Counted from the first letter of the whole stretch, positions 48,111-61,165 are shown. The stretch: DNA of 62,372 bases, filler included, from Hausera hauseri (GCA_046269625.1; 12 parts of 12 records of this genome joined end to end with filler, not necessarily neighbours in it), one strand, 5' to 3'. Numbers and translations are program-made. The notes: generated by a model from the letters alone, not told the origin.

Positions 48111-49202
48111 ACGAGTATTTACATGGTGTTGCCGCGCAACAGTTGTTCGACGACTCGCCCGAACAATTCAGCCAGTGAATACCTAATAGATTGGAACAAT
48201 CCTATGGATTTTTCTACTGGAAAATTGGAGGTTGCACTGACGGAATTTAACTTTCCTTACGCACCAGTGACATTGAAAAGTAGTATGAAAATAACGTACA
48301 ACAAGACTGTTACTGAAACCAAAACACATTCTTGTCCTCTGACGCTTACTAACAATAAAATAACAGTTGGAGAATCGGCCATTTGCACAACCGAAACAGG
48401 TCCGGTTCACAGGGCAAAATTGGTTTTTATATTTTAGGGAAAAACTTAGTTCTTATGGCAAATTTTGAATTTACTGTTACCTTTTCGTTCTCTGAGATGG
48501 CGCAGAAATTTGGATTCAACAATAGAGTACGAAGACAATCATATTAAAAGTGAAAATATAGTTGCTCCAAGATTAAGTCCCGTATATTACTAGACAACGG
48601 TGAAATTTACTTATATAACAGAAGGTGTGTCAACGTCATACGTATCGATTAGAGACAATGTCTATTGCAAATCTTTAGCACAGCTCTGTCAATACTTTTC
48701 CAATCAAAAGTACAAGGCGATATTTAAAGTTTTCGAGTCAGATAAAAATTGGTACATTAAATTTGAACTGGTTATGGATATTGTTGACATTTCATTGGAC
48801 ACAGCTTTGTCCATGGTGTTGGGTTTTGAAAAACAGCGGTTTGAGACATTGACGAATACGAAGACGGCGGCGGTACATGTTGCAACACTCAAACCCAAAC
48901 TGAAAACGGGACAAAGTCAAATGTACGTTTACGTGAACGTCACCGAACCAGTTTTGGTCGGTGGAGTACGTGTACCGCTACTTCGTGCTATTTATCTGGA
49001 AAGCAGCAAGTATACTGATGGTGACAATGGCACTGTCAAACTCGATAATCCAATGTACCTACTGGTGGCGTCTACATCTATAAACAATGTTGAAGTGAAT
49101 ATCCGATGTGACGCGGGCTACCTTATTGAATTCCTGTACGGTACCAAAACCAGCCTAACTCTTCACTTTCGTCGAATCCAACAACAACGACAACATGATT
49201 GA
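48111..49202 (+). pseudogene. Minor capsid protein (penton) 2 (start ATG>ACG)
   Basis: PNNSASEY..EVALTEF; YVYVNVTEPVLVGGVRVPLLR..TLHFRR. Confidence 0.85.
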
Positions 49203-49555
49203 TTCCGAAATCGTTTCCATTTACAGTAAACCGAAGCAGGGCGGGGAATTGCCGTATTTCTTCGGTAAACAGTACGGCTCTGGCTGGTTGCATATATTGG
49301 TACGTTTAGCATTTCCGGTGTTGAAACGTATTGGTGCCGTGGCAGCAAAAACAGCACAGGACGTACTATATTAAAACAAATCGATTTTACCATCGTTGAA
49401 GGAACGCCTTGTGCAAAATAAAAAGTGCTGCACCGGGAGTTGTTGAATCAGTCAAAAAACCGTTCGCTGGCAGTGGCTTGATGCGGAAACGCCGTAGAGC
49501 ATCATCGAACTCATTAGCTATAAACAAACGTCGTCGTTGTACGATTTTCGAGTGA
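49195..49555 (+). pseudogene. Adintovirus core protein (QYGSG-type)
   Basis: QGGELPYFFGKQYGSGWL; basic tail. Confidence 0.7.
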
Positions 49556-49556
49556 T

Positions 49557-50789
49557 ATGGCATCTGCAAAATCTGAATTGTGCATATTTGACAAAGCGTC
49601 GCCAAAAGTTGTTATTGACAATGCGGCATTTGAAGAAATCTACCCCGTTGATTCGGTTTCAACGGACGATAACATTGACATTTAATTCAACATAATGGCA
49701 TGGGACAATGAATACATGGATTTGAACGATACGTTACTCTATGTAAAGTCATTGTTAAAAAGGATGCATCAATGGTTCTGTCTGCAACAAACACTGTCAC
49801 AACGGCCAATTACTTTTTCCTCACACTGTTCCAAGAGGCTTCACTGACTCTGAACAGCGTCAAAATCGAAGACAACACCAGTCTGTACAGTATCAAAGCA
49901 TTCATTGAAATGATTCTGAATTACAGTACTGACACGAAAACTACTCATTTGACGAAAACTATCGGATACGATGCCACAGAGGCAAACAGTCAGACATGTG
50001 TGGCAAAATCAAAAACATTTACAGTGTGTGGACCGCTATACTTTGACTTTTTCGATCAGTCAAAATACCTACTGCCTGGTGTTAAAGCCATGATTCGGCT
50101 CAAACGCAGGGACAATGTCTTTTGTTTGTAAACCGCCGTAGAAAATCTTAAACCCATATTGAAAATTTCCGAGGCACGATTATACGTACGTCGTGTAAAG
50201 ATAGAACTATCCGTGCTCATGGAACATCGATTGGGTTTGGAAGCGCAAAATGCCTGTTACCCGATACAACGCACAGAACTCGTCTGTTACACCATACCCA
50301 AAGGTTCGACAGCTTTTTACTAATATGCACTGTTTGGCAACATGCGATTGCCGAAATTTGTGCTCGTTACATTTCCAACAACTGTTCAACAAACGGGCAG
50401 TTATATCGCCGATTCGGAAACGTTTACCCCTAGCAATGTGAATTACATCAGTTTGGGTCTGAATGCGGATGTCGTTGAGACGTACAAACAAGACTTTGAG
50501 TCTAATGATTGTTTGAACATGTATGCAATCTATCGTGCGCAACATGGGTTTGCTTAACAAAAACATCAACCATGGCATATCGATGGATTTGTTCAAGTCC
50601 ACCTATCCAATCGTCACCTTCATGCTAGCTCCGGATTATGACGTTGAACAGACTCATCTACATCAGGGGGAAAACCTGCAACTGGAAATTCACTTTGCCA
50701 AAGCGTTGGAACAGTCTACCGTGATGTAAATTTACGGTGTATTTGATGCCGAAGTTAAAATAACGAAAAACGGAACCGTCATTGTATAG
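49557..50789 (+). pseudogene. Major capsid protein, full span, interrupted
   Basis: MASAKSELCIFD...FFDQSKYLLPGV...LYVRRVK...GENLQLEIHFAKAL. Confidence 0.9.
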
Positions 50790-50910
50790 ACAAAATCTGA
50801 AGTGTCTCATTTCTTCGTCGTCGTACTATAAAGTAATTTATTACTACTATTACTATTATACTTAATTCACATTTAGCTTCACCGAGCTCAGTTACTAAGG
50901 AAAACTGCTT

Positions 50911-51227
50911 ATGGGCGTGAAATTTCGTGGCGTCTTTCCACTGGACTGTGTGCCGCATGANNNNNNNNNNAATACACAGACTTCATCTTTTCCGAATGAA
51001 CATTGGATTGCTGTGTACGTCCGCCGTCCGACTAACGTCGTCATAGTATTCGATCAGCTTGGATTTTACTATCCGTCATCGTTAGTTTTTCAAATTCATC
51101 ATTTTTCATCATTTTTCAATCATCATCATACCGTGTTGAATATAATCGAGTTCATTATCAACATCCAATGACTATTCTGTGTGGACTTTACTGCTTATTG
51201 TGGCTTACATTACAATCACTTTTGTGA
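50911..51227 (+). pseudogene. Adenain-like cysteine maturation protease
   Basis: FRGVFPLD, NT..S..P.EHWIA (His), VFD (Asp), YQ....LCGLYC (Gln, Cys). Confidence 0.88.
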
Positions 51228-51426
51228 AATATATATGTGTATTATTTTATTGCTATTGTTTTTTTGAGAAAAGATATGATATGTGTGACTTTTCGTCACA
51301 ATCATTTTCCTTGTGAGTCGTGATTACTCAGTCACGAGCTCATCATCGTCGTCATCGCCGTCGTCGTACACGACGTTTTACAAAACAAAACAAAACGAGA
51401 TTTTGACTTTTTAACAATGCATTTTT

Positions 51427-51476
51427 TCGTTCTTTCGTTCGTTCGTTCGTTCGTTCGTTCGTTCGTTCGTTCGTTG
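51427..51476. repeat. (TTCG)n microsatellite
   Basis: ~11 units visible. Confidence 0.95.
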
Positions 51477-51549
51477 CACATTTTTCACACTCCGACCCAT
51501 TGGCCTGATCGTGAGGCGGCTATAATATGAAATGCTCAACTTCTGATGG

Positions 51550-51649
51550 NNNNNNNNNNNNNNNNNNNNNNNNNNNNNNNNNNNNNNNNNNNNTTAATTA
51601 ATTAANNNNNNNNNNNNNNNNNNNNNNNNNNNNNNNNNNNNNNNNNNNN
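51550..51649. other. Artificial contig linker
   Basis: N44-TTAATTAATTAA-N44. Confidence 0.98.
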
Positions 51650-51748
51650 AATGTAGTGCTTGAAACGTGATCGCCCTGGAGGAGTTAGCGGGTCGGTGAG
51701 GAGAATTTCCCCGCCATGTGACACGTAAAAATTTTAATATCTGGAAAT

Positions 51749-52141
51749 TTGGTTAATTTGTTTCGTTGTGGTGTTGTCGGACATGACTCGGAAAGAATGA
51801 AAAAAAAAGCGGCAATAACAAGATTTTCCATTTGTCTTCATCGACCCAGCTGCGTTGCTGTAACATGTCTGTTAATGTATTACAAAGAGAATATTCCATC
51901 TTACTTAAGGGACCGTGTTGATATTTTTAATAGCGATGTTAAAACAATAAAATTCCTCAGTTTACTAATATCCGAACCGTATTTTACAAATTTGGCAAGA
52001 CTGTGTGAAGATCATAGTTCAGAACGTTTGTTATGGTTTATAAGTCGTAAAACGCTAAATAGTATTCGCGCAGCTAGTCCTCCATTGCTTGAGACAATCT
52101 CGAAAAAAAGGAAAAAGATGATGACAGAAGTGATAATTTGA
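51749..52141 (+). CDS. Hypothetical Polinton-associated protein with NLS-like tail
   Basis: 130-aa frame, KKRKK near the end, AATAAA at ~52163. Confidence 0.35.
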   Translation: MVNLFRCGVVGHDSERMKKKAAITRFSICLHRPSCVAVTCLLMYYKENIPSYLRDRVDIFNSDVKTIKFLSLLISEPYFTNLARLCEDHSSERLLWFISRKTLNSIRAASPPLLETISKKRKKMMTEVII

Positions 52142-52309
52142 AACACTATAATTTTTATCCCGAATAAATACTAATGCTACTTCAATCGTNNNNNNNNNNG
52201 CTTTTGTTTAAAATGTAGAAATGTTGATATTGATGAGAAATGATTTTTTAAAAGTTTAAATAAAGAATTGTTGTTATGAGTCTGTTTCTATCATCGTTGG
52301 AATTGCATT

Positions 52310-52888
52310 ATGCCTTTACAATGCAGGATCCACACCTGTATCCCGCATGTTTTATTCAAAACACGTCCGTACGCCGACTTTTATGAGATGCACTAGTATC
52401 ATCTCGGTCCGTTCACGCGATCCAAGAAGATGATGCATGTGCATTACCCCACATATCCACGTTACTATACTTGTAAGGTGCATGACGTTGATGGTTACAA
52501 TAGTGCAGTGGAGCAGTACTATGGAGCCACAACGGTGCACTGTAAACGGGCCTATGTATGTCCCGGTTGTTCTATAGTTGAGACTCAAGTCAACTATAAA
52601 CAATTATACAACAACCACAAAGACCAATTGAACCAGTTTCAGAGGTCCAGAAAGCAAATATTAATGGACACAGCAAGAAACCGCAGAAAAAGTCAAGCAT
52701 CAGAAAGCCTTAACAAATACTTTCAAAACAACAGAAGTCAGCAGCAGAAGGAACGTGAACCACCCATTACTGTCAAGTATTACCTGAACAGATCATACGT
52801 GGACATGAACGTGGACATGTCGCCGAAAACAGCAACGCAATTAAAAAATGTACCGCTAATGTACGTAACCGGTTGGAGTCAGAGGTAG
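52310..52888 (+). pseudogene. Cys/His-containing ORF upstream of, or N-terminal to, pPolB
   Basis: MPLQCRIHTC...CKVH...VCPGC; one internal stop. Confidence 0.35.
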
Positions 52889-52889
52889 C

Positions 52890-55800
52890 CAAATTATAAC
52901 AACAACACCATGGCAAAGTGTAATATTATTCACTTGCAGAATTTGAAAATCTGCAGGGTGACAGGAAACAATGACACCTGTCACATCGAGCCGTACCATA
53001 CTCTGAGGATTTTATTGTTGATGTAGAAGAAAAGCTTGATGAAAAAATCGCCAACTACATCGAAAAGGGCAGTGGTTGGCGAATTGTAAAGATTGTCACT
53101 CTCGGCTTTATTCTGATCAAAACGAGTCACATGATTTACCTGTCCGGACATTCATTCATACCGACACCTGCATCCTTGAAGCAGTCTCTGGTGGTAGTGA
53201 ATGTACAAAATACTAAAAACGAATACTGCTTTATTTACAGCATTCTGGCCATATTGAAATATGATCAAGTATCCAGACATCATGCAAATTATCCAAAGCA
53301 GTACAGTAAGTATTTCTCAGAATTGGACTACGACGACTGTTGGATGCCGATAAAACTCAAAACCATTCCGGCTTTTGAACTGCGTAATCTGACACTGGAA
53401 ATCAACGTGTTCCGGTTCAACACAATCGTAGAGGTACCGGTGGATGAGGAAATTTACAAGAATCCTCACGTGGACATAATTCACCGCAGTCAAAATCCAA
53501 TTTGACGCCAGGTAAAATTGTTGCTGTTTGAGAATGAAGAAAAGTTTCATTACACGACCGTGACCAATTTGGACAGATTGTTGAACATGGAGGATGACCA
53601 GTTTATAAAAAAGCGTATACGGTGCAAATGGTGTCCCGTGTGTCTGTATTGATTCCGTTCAAATGAGACATGGGAAAGGCATGCGACGCTGTGCAGGCAA
53701 AGTTCTTCAGGAACCACAATGTATGTTATGAATGTCAAAAAGGAGTTGAGATTCAGTGACTGGTCAAAAACGGACAGTCCGACATAGGTGGTGTATGCCG
53801 ATATCGCAGAACGTCTACCACGACACAATGTATACGATTAAAAGCACGTTCCAATTGCTGTCGGTATGTTGCCAGTACCAATAAAAGCCGCCGAACAACC
53901 GCAGTATTACGTTTTGCATGGTTGGAACTGTGTACACGATTTTCTCCAGCAGTTGAAAACAGTAGTAGAAACGGAAATCGCACCCTGGTACACTAGAAAT
54001 AGCAATAAACCTTTGATGTGGATAGATAAAAATGAACGTCTGATGTTTGCAGCCACAGATGAATGTTACCTGTGCCACAAAATATTACCGTTTGATGCAA
54101 AAGAGCAGCTCATACCAGATTATGATCATTTTACCAGCCGATATCTCGGAGCAGCATGCAATTCGTGCAATTTGGCAAGGCGTGTGCGGCCATTCCTGCA
54201 GGTGATTTTCCTTACTTCCGGGGTTATGATTGTCACCATATTTGAAAATGGGCCATAAACGGATTTCCACACTGGGAACTACCCATAATTCCGACTGCGA
54301 TGGCGAAACACCTTTCACTGTCTGCTCGTATTAACGGGTTCCAGGTACACTTCTTTTATCCATTACAATTTCTCAATGAATCTTTGGCAAAGCTGGTAAA
54401 TTCCTTGCCAGATGTGCCGCTAACATTGACTGAGTTCCCCACACATATTGCACGTAGCAAAGGTATGTCCCTGTATGACTTTGCGATATTGTACGAGTGG
54501 CTCCACACGACAGACGAATTACCACCGCAATGGCCCGGTATCACAGAAGAAGAAGATTATCACAAAGCACAGTCGTTTTGGGCAGAGCTCGACTGCAGAA
54601 ACCTGTTGGACTACATGCTTCAATATCTGAAATTGGACGTGTACCTGTTAGCCGATGTGATCCCAGAGTTTCGCGTGAAAGCTTTGGCTGAAAATAAGCT
54701 GGAGCCAATCAACTTTTATTCCATACTGGGAATGAGTAATGCGTCAGCTCCAATGTCACTGGATCGAGACACTGAGCTACTAGACCCGGAAATGTACCAA
54801 CTGTTTGATGCTGGTATTCGCGGCGGCATGACATTTGTCAACAAGCATCAGGTCAATGCTACCGATACAACATCATTGCTGTATATTGAATGTTAATAAC
54901 CTGTACGGCTGGGCGCTTTCGCAACCCTTGCAGTACAGTTCATTTGAATGGATAGTCGGCAGACAAGATTTGGACGACATAATGGTCAACCTACCACCAG
55001 CAGACTTGGCAGGCTCAGTCGGATACCTGATGGAGGTCGATCTCGTGATACCAGATGAGCTGCATGACGTTTCTGATGATTTACCGGTCGCACCATTTAA
55101 CCAATGTCCGCCAGGCTCAAAAGTGAAGAAACTGCTCATGACGCGTGAACCGAAGCTGAATTACGTGGTCCATTGGCGTCTGCTACAGTTCTACATGCAG
55201 CTCGGTGTATGCGTCACACAGTTGCATCATGCAATCCGATTAGCTTAGACTCCCATATTCAAGGCGTACATAGATGAAAATTTGGAGAAACAAGCCGCAG
55301 CTTGTACAAAGTTCGAAAAGGACTACTACAAGCTGAAAAACAATTCTCTGTACGGAAAACAGTGGAGAATCTGAAAAGCGACTCAATGTGTGCCTATGCC
55401 ATAGCGAAAAGCAGTTGGTTATGTACACGATTATGGCGCAGTTTCGGTGGCCAATGCACATTGCCGTTGGATTGGTTGCAGTATTGTTCAGCCGGGAAGA
55501 AGTCTTTCTGGGCCGGCCAAGTTACATCGGACAAGTGGTATTGGACCTGAGCAAGTTGCAAATATGTGACCTACAGTATCGCGATTTGGCACGTTACCGG
55601 CAAATGTTTGACGGCTGTGACATTAGTATAATTTCCGGTGACACAGGCAGTTTTTTCCTGCGGCTAAAAAAAGTCAATCGCGAAAAACTACTGCAGCAAA
55701 TGCAGTCAGATGGATTACTGGACACGTCCAACTACCCACCGGATCATCCGTTGTACAGTAGCGCCATCACCAACAAAATCGGCTGCTTCAAGGATGAAAG

Positions 55801-56116
55801 TGAAATCAGGGTTCAGTATCTGGAATGGATATTCCTACGCCCAAAGTGCTACAGTCTTCTGACGGACTGTGGACCGAAAATGCGGGAAAAAAGAGTCCAG
55901 GTGAAGCAGATGGAAATCGGCCACGGTGATTATCGCCTTGTATATGAAGAAGGAGGATAATCAGTGGTTGTTGTGTCTCAAACTATCATCCGATCAATTG
56001 AGCACCAGCTATACACAATAACTAGTGCGAAAGTCGCTTTGTCATGTAATGATGATAAGCGAAATTGGGTGGGGCGAAAAAAGAATTGGGCGTACGGACA
56101 TTGGCGGCTAAAATAA
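52890..56116 (+). pseudogene. Protein-primed DNA polymerase B (Polinton/adintovirus), near full span, decayed
   Basis: KGSGW, NVQN...CFIYSILA, endoVII-like CYLC..DH..GAACNSCNL, YLKLDVYLL, GIRGG, NNLYG, KNNSLYGK, GDTGS, FKDE, LRPKCY, DDKR. Confidence 0.95.
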
Positions 56117-56417
56117 ACGTACGTCCAAACAATCAGTTCAGTTCAGCTCAGTTACTGTGACAATCATTGACAATTATCCATTATTTTGTTGTATATTTCA
56201 GTAACGTATTTTGTTTAGTGCCTTTTGTGTTTTGTTTTCGGTAACTTACTTAATCTATTATTATTATTAAGTAAGACAGAAGTAAAAGTAAAACGATAAC
56301 CTTGCTCTAGAAAACAAAACATGTAACACGAATACATTTATTTATTTATCGGAGAAAAACTAAAATCACAAAAAACACAAGGTAAGTCAGTTAAATCATA
56401 GTAAACTTTCCCATTTT

Positions 56418-56852
56418 TCATATTGGAGATTTGACGCCGGTCCTTCCCTTGAATCCTTTAAGCTTCTGTATCAGGTAGCCTTTAGCTCCTTCCGCTGGCA
56501 AAACTGCTGCTGTTCCTCCGCCATGTAAACTGACAATTTTCGCCATATTTCCTTTGAGAAAAATCAATGATGCGTCTCGGATATCGTTACTCAATACCAA
56601 ATCACTGCCAACTTTTCTAATTGTGTCGTCAATTGTTTCCAAATCATCGTTACTGATCTTTTTCACCAATAGACCATGCTTCACCGATTTTGTTGTGACC
56701 GTTTGCGTCAATGGCAATTGAATAGCGTTGTGCATATAATGTAAGTTGTATTCATTATACAAGCGGGAATTTCTGAGCAAATATTCGCTATACCGTGGCT
56801 TTTTTGAGAGATTCGCAGAACTGTCACCTGCTGAATTGTTTTTAAAAGACAT
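56418..56852 (-). CDS. Intact orphan ORF (144 aa) convergent on pPolB
   Basis: ATG start, TATAAATA ~35-40 nt upstream, downstream AATAAA on the same strand. Confidence 0.55.
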   Translation of the reverse strand: MSFKNNSAGDSSANLSKKPRYSEYLLRNSRLYNEYNLHYMHNAIQLPLTQTVTTKSVKHGLLVKKISNDDLETIDDTIRKVGSDLVLSNDIRDASLIFLKGNMAKIVSLHGGGTAAVLPAEGAKGYLIQKLKGFKGRTGVKSPI

Positions 56853-57032
56853 TGTTTAAAGACAAAAGTAAAATGGAATTGCATCCATATTTATATCAGA
56901 TTTGTTCATACCGGTTTGTTTTTATTGTAAACAATAGATATTTACGTTGTGAGTATTGTCACATTCACAATGATACATGTTGTCACATTACAATGATACA
57001 TACCAGTTAAAATTACCCCCATGTCATAGACG

Positions 57033-57227
57033 TCAATCGTAATAAATGTGTACAATTTCCATTATAGCACATTTACATTCTGGACAACATTGGGTTACTT
57101 TGGTGGAACACATTTGACAAACAACGAGATGGCCGCACATTAAGAATACCGTATCCATTAGTTTTCGTTTACATAGTACACACATAAACTGACAGTCTTG
57201 TACTTTGTCAATTATTTTCTCTTTCAA
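57033..57227 (-). CDS. IAP/MDM2-type C3HC4 RING finger (C-terminal), 5' part unresolved
   Basis: CVLC...TVFLMCGHLVVCQMC....CPECKCAI...HIY. Confidence 0.85.
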   Translation of the reverse strand: MKEKIIDKVQDCQFMCVLCKRKLMDTVFLMCGHLVVCQMCSTKVTQCCPECKCAIMEIVHIYYD

Positions 57228-57370
57228 GGTCTTTAATTCGCCGCGTACCTTTTAGACAATATTAAAGTAATTCGTATCATACAATCGGTGAATGTATATT
57301 TGATTTATCACAATAATTTGATTTTCTCTAGAACTGCAATTTATTGTTGTTGTTGTTGTTTTCATCAATG

Positions 57371-57470
57371 NNNNNNNNNNNNNNNNNNNNNNNNNNNNNN
57401 NNNNNNNNNNNNNNTTAATTAATTAANNNNNNNNNNNNNNNNNNNNNNNNNNNNNNNNNNNNNNNNNNNN
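57371..57470. other. Artificial contig linker
   Basis: N44-TTAATTAATTAA-N44. Confidence 0.98.
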
Positions 57471-60400
57471 ATGTAGGTGCCGTTTTTAATCCGAATGGCA
57501 TGCGCGTAAATTGATAAACGCCTGCATGCGTTTTAAATGCAGTTTTCCAACGATCCTTTTCGGCTACGGAAATCTGCCAAAATCTTCTCTCCAGATCCTT
57601 TCAATTCATCAATAATATCTCTTATTCGTAGTATTGGATAAGCATTGTTCGCCAAATGTTTGTTCAATGTAAAGTAATTTACGAAAAACGGTGTTTCGTA
57701 GTATTAGCTTTCTTAGCCATAACTATAGGCGACGGCCATGGTGATTGGCTAGGTTCAATGATGCCTTTTTCTAGCATGGCTTGTATTTTCTCCTCAACTT
57801 CCTTTTGGCGTGCTTTTGGAGGTGAGTACCATTTTGGTATCGGTTGTCGTGGTAAGTCTATTTCTCTTTCAGTTTGAGGATCCATCATGAATGGTAGTTT
57901 GAACTTGACTAAGTCAGTTCGGCCAATGTCCGTTTCATTTTTGGCAAATATGTCAGTGTATTCAAGGATGAGATCTGAGAAGTTCTCAAGATATTCAGCG
58001 ACTAGATTTTTCTTTACACTAATGAGAACAACATCGAATATATAATCTGCTTTAGTTTCCTTATCTTCAGTGTTGCTGCGATTTTATTATCATGTTCAGA
58101 TTGACGGATAGTTTCATATGAATTGGCCTAGTTTCGTTCTTGCAAACATTGTAATATACTTAGAAGATAAATTTAAAACTGCGATTTGAACTGTTCCTCC
58201 AGTTACATAAACGCAATAGTGTGGCAATAACAGTCCGTTTTGAAATGTCCGTGGTACAAATTCAATTATTTTATTATCTGGAAATATTGTTCTAGCATGT
58301 ATAACCTTCCTAGAATTAGGTGGTATTTTCTCCATATGACCTATCCAAATGTCCGTTTCGTCGTACTTATCCAGAATATTCTCATTATTTGGACAAAGCG
58401 ATCCTGACTGCAAGTTTATGTGAAATCCTTCTAAATTTCTTAATACATTCATTCCTAAAATACATCGGAGATCTACAGTTGTCATCACATCTAAAGTCAC
58501 TTTTAGTTTTTTACCACAAATTATAAATTTGCATTTCCAATACTTATATGATTTCGGATATTGCTGAAAGGCTGCTGTCGTGCCAATACAATCTGTGGAA
58601 GCCAATTTTGTTTGTGACTGATACTCGTCTGGTATCGCATGTTCTGCTATTAATGAAACTCTGGCTCCTCTATGTACCATTACATTTATATCGAATGTAC
58701 CAAAGTAAACTGTCGTATGATGTCGATTATCTCTTATTAACTCGAGGAAAGTGGCGATGCCATTAAGATCATCTATATGCGGCTCCATTAAGGTATAACT
58801 TGTTGCACAACAACTTGGTGACCCATTGGATAATATGACCGTTAAACTATCTAAAGTTTGTGTATCATTTGTTGATTCTTTCGTTCGTTGTTTGAATTCA
58901 GTTAAATCTGGGTAATAACTTGTACATTATGTAGAGTTTTGTTGTAATTTACCAGGTATCATCATTGAAATCGAATAACTTGTCCTTCCGTTTGGTTGTT
59001 CGATATCATTATAGTTGGTTTGTCTAATTAGTTTTACTCTATGATGAAGTATAGGTGGCAACGTACATAATTTTGGAGAGATTGGTAGTGATACTCTATT
59101 CCTTTCCATACTTTGAGTAATAATAGATTGAAGTATTTCTTCTTGCAAACATTTAGGAATACTGCGTAGCCTTATGTACTCTTCTCATTTAGCATATGGA
59201 TTATTCAAATCAGATAACTTTGGTAGTTTGTCAATTGTCTGTTCGTCAATCGAACGTGTTTTATTTTCATACGGAGCGTCTGGTACTATACAATTGCACT
59301 TTAGTCTTGTTTTCTTTATTATGAAAATTTTTCGGATTTTCTGATTCTTTTTCTTAGAAATACTTGGTTTTGAGTAATGTCCAGGTGCGTCATCACCATC
59401 GTCTGAACTTGATGAGGTATCTTCCAATATCGGATTGCCTTTCTTATAATCCACATGTTTTTCTAATTTACCTTGCAATTGATTTTCATGATAAGCTTTA
59501 ATAAATTTGCCAAGAGGAAAAAATAGAGTACCAATTATGCTCAAAGATAATCCTGTCAGATTGGAAATTTCCTAAGCATTTAATACCGAATTGATACAGA
59601 TCTTCAACGTTTGCAGGATAAAGTAAATAGCCAGAAATCCGGAAGCAACTTGTCCAAATTTTAGAAATCCACCCGACATTTTGTGCCACAAACTGAAAAC
59701 TATTTTTGTATAAGTGTCGGGTGTCCACAATCGATCCCATTTTCCTTCTCCAGTGGAATCATCAATTACTCTATGTATTTCTCTGTTTATTACCTGTTCT
59801 CGTTGTTTGGGATATGCCGGAAATTTTACAAATAAGTCAATTTCTTTTTTTCTATACAAAGCTGACTTTGATACATCAGTAAACATATTCGTTTTGATGG
59901 CATTTCTGAGATTAGTAATCGTCAATTTTTTGGTTGTTCCTTTACTCTATCTCTATCAGGTAGTCTAACCCATAAGTCTTGATTATCATATTTGATAAAT
60001 GGTTTGTTCAGTATTGTACAGTTTTGAATTTCCGTTGGTATTGTATGTGGTGCCAACAATACTCTAGTTATTGGCTGAAAATATCGAATTTCATCTTTAT
60101 ATTTAACAGGTATTTCTGAACTGCACGGGGTACCCGTGACTAAAGATAGTTCCAGTTTCTTACATTTGTAGGTAAATAACACTTCTCCCTGGATTCCTTC
60201 ACCATATGGTAATGTTATCGTTATCATTTCTGAATTTGAAGCGTAAATAGTCAATCGATTCCTCAATGTCTCAAAATTCATCTAACAAAAATTTTGTATT
60301 ATCTCAGAATATATTTCCTCTACCGTTTTGTGGGTGAGTTAAAATAAGAAATCGGCTCTGTTAGCAATATAGTCGTCAGCAATGTTCACTAATATGGTTT

Positions 60401-61122
60401 TGTTGATCGGCGAATTATCTGCCTGTGCGATCTCTTTTTCCGACATAAAATAATTTTTATAAAATGTGCTGAACACTTGTTGTCCACATGTAATAGTTAC
60501 ATCTTGTTGTATGAATTTGATACCTCCTTTGATATCTTTTGATATTATAATTTTAGGAGTTTGTTTTCAAAATTTGTTTCGTAATGTCGAACATAACGTT
60601 TTCCTGCCGTTACATTGAATTCACCTTTTCGAATCTGTACCAATGAGCAATCCTAGCTCTTAGGGGGTGTACATACTATCGTAGATGACTTTGTGTGACA
60701 ATGTTCAATTTCTAATTTTCAAAAAGATGCATCCATCATTGTGTTTCTACTCGTTTCGAAAATAAAGGTATTTTCTTTGATTTCTACTTTATATTGGTCA
60801 TATACTACCACTCCTGAAATGACATATTCCCCAGTATCAAGATTTCCTCCTCGGCAATTTCCTTTTTCATCCTTATGTCCGGTAATCCATTTTTCTTGTT
60901 AAGAAATGTGGCCTTTAATCGCTGTTAATAGTATGTCTCCCCATTTTACTTGTTGAGTTTCAGCTGCATCTCGACAATGAGTGGGATTAAGCGACACATA
61001 TCTTGGCATTGTAGTCGTCTGTATTAAAGAATCATGGTGTAAGTGTCCACAATATGTTATAGTGCGGGATACTCGCAACGAGTATTGTAGTACTTTTATA
61101 TGGAGCGTGCTTTTGTCATTAT
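57471..61122 (-). mobile_element. Ty3/Gypsy-type retroelement with env upstream of PR-RT, decayed
   Basis: Order on - strand: glycoprotein (61122..59500), linker, protease (VMVHRGA..ILGMN), RT (GIIEPSQSPWPSPIVM..MPFGLKTAP). Confidence 0.85.
59500..61122 (-). pseudogene. env: Chuvirus-like / gB-type glycoprotein (env), N-terminus cut by Polinton insertion
   Basis: ITYCGHLHHDSLI..HCRDAAET..W; GEVLFTYKC..CSSEIPV..PITRVL; TM FLKFGQVASGFLAIYFILQTLKICINSVLNA. Confidence 0.82.
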
Positions 61123-61165
61123 AGTAGTTAGAACGGAGGACTTCGCATTAACCCCCCCCCAGAAA

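Larger units (their letters stand above)
46813..51549 (+). mobile_element. Polinton/adintovirus morphogenesis module (sister of 27290..30602), decayed
   Basis: Integrase end, penton 1, penton 2, core, MCP, protease; clear nucleotide similarity to the contig at 23917. Confidence 0.93.

Noticed and set aside
47891-48178. Poly-His protein
   Set aside because: Off-frame reading of penton 1 plus the intergenic (CAT)n tract
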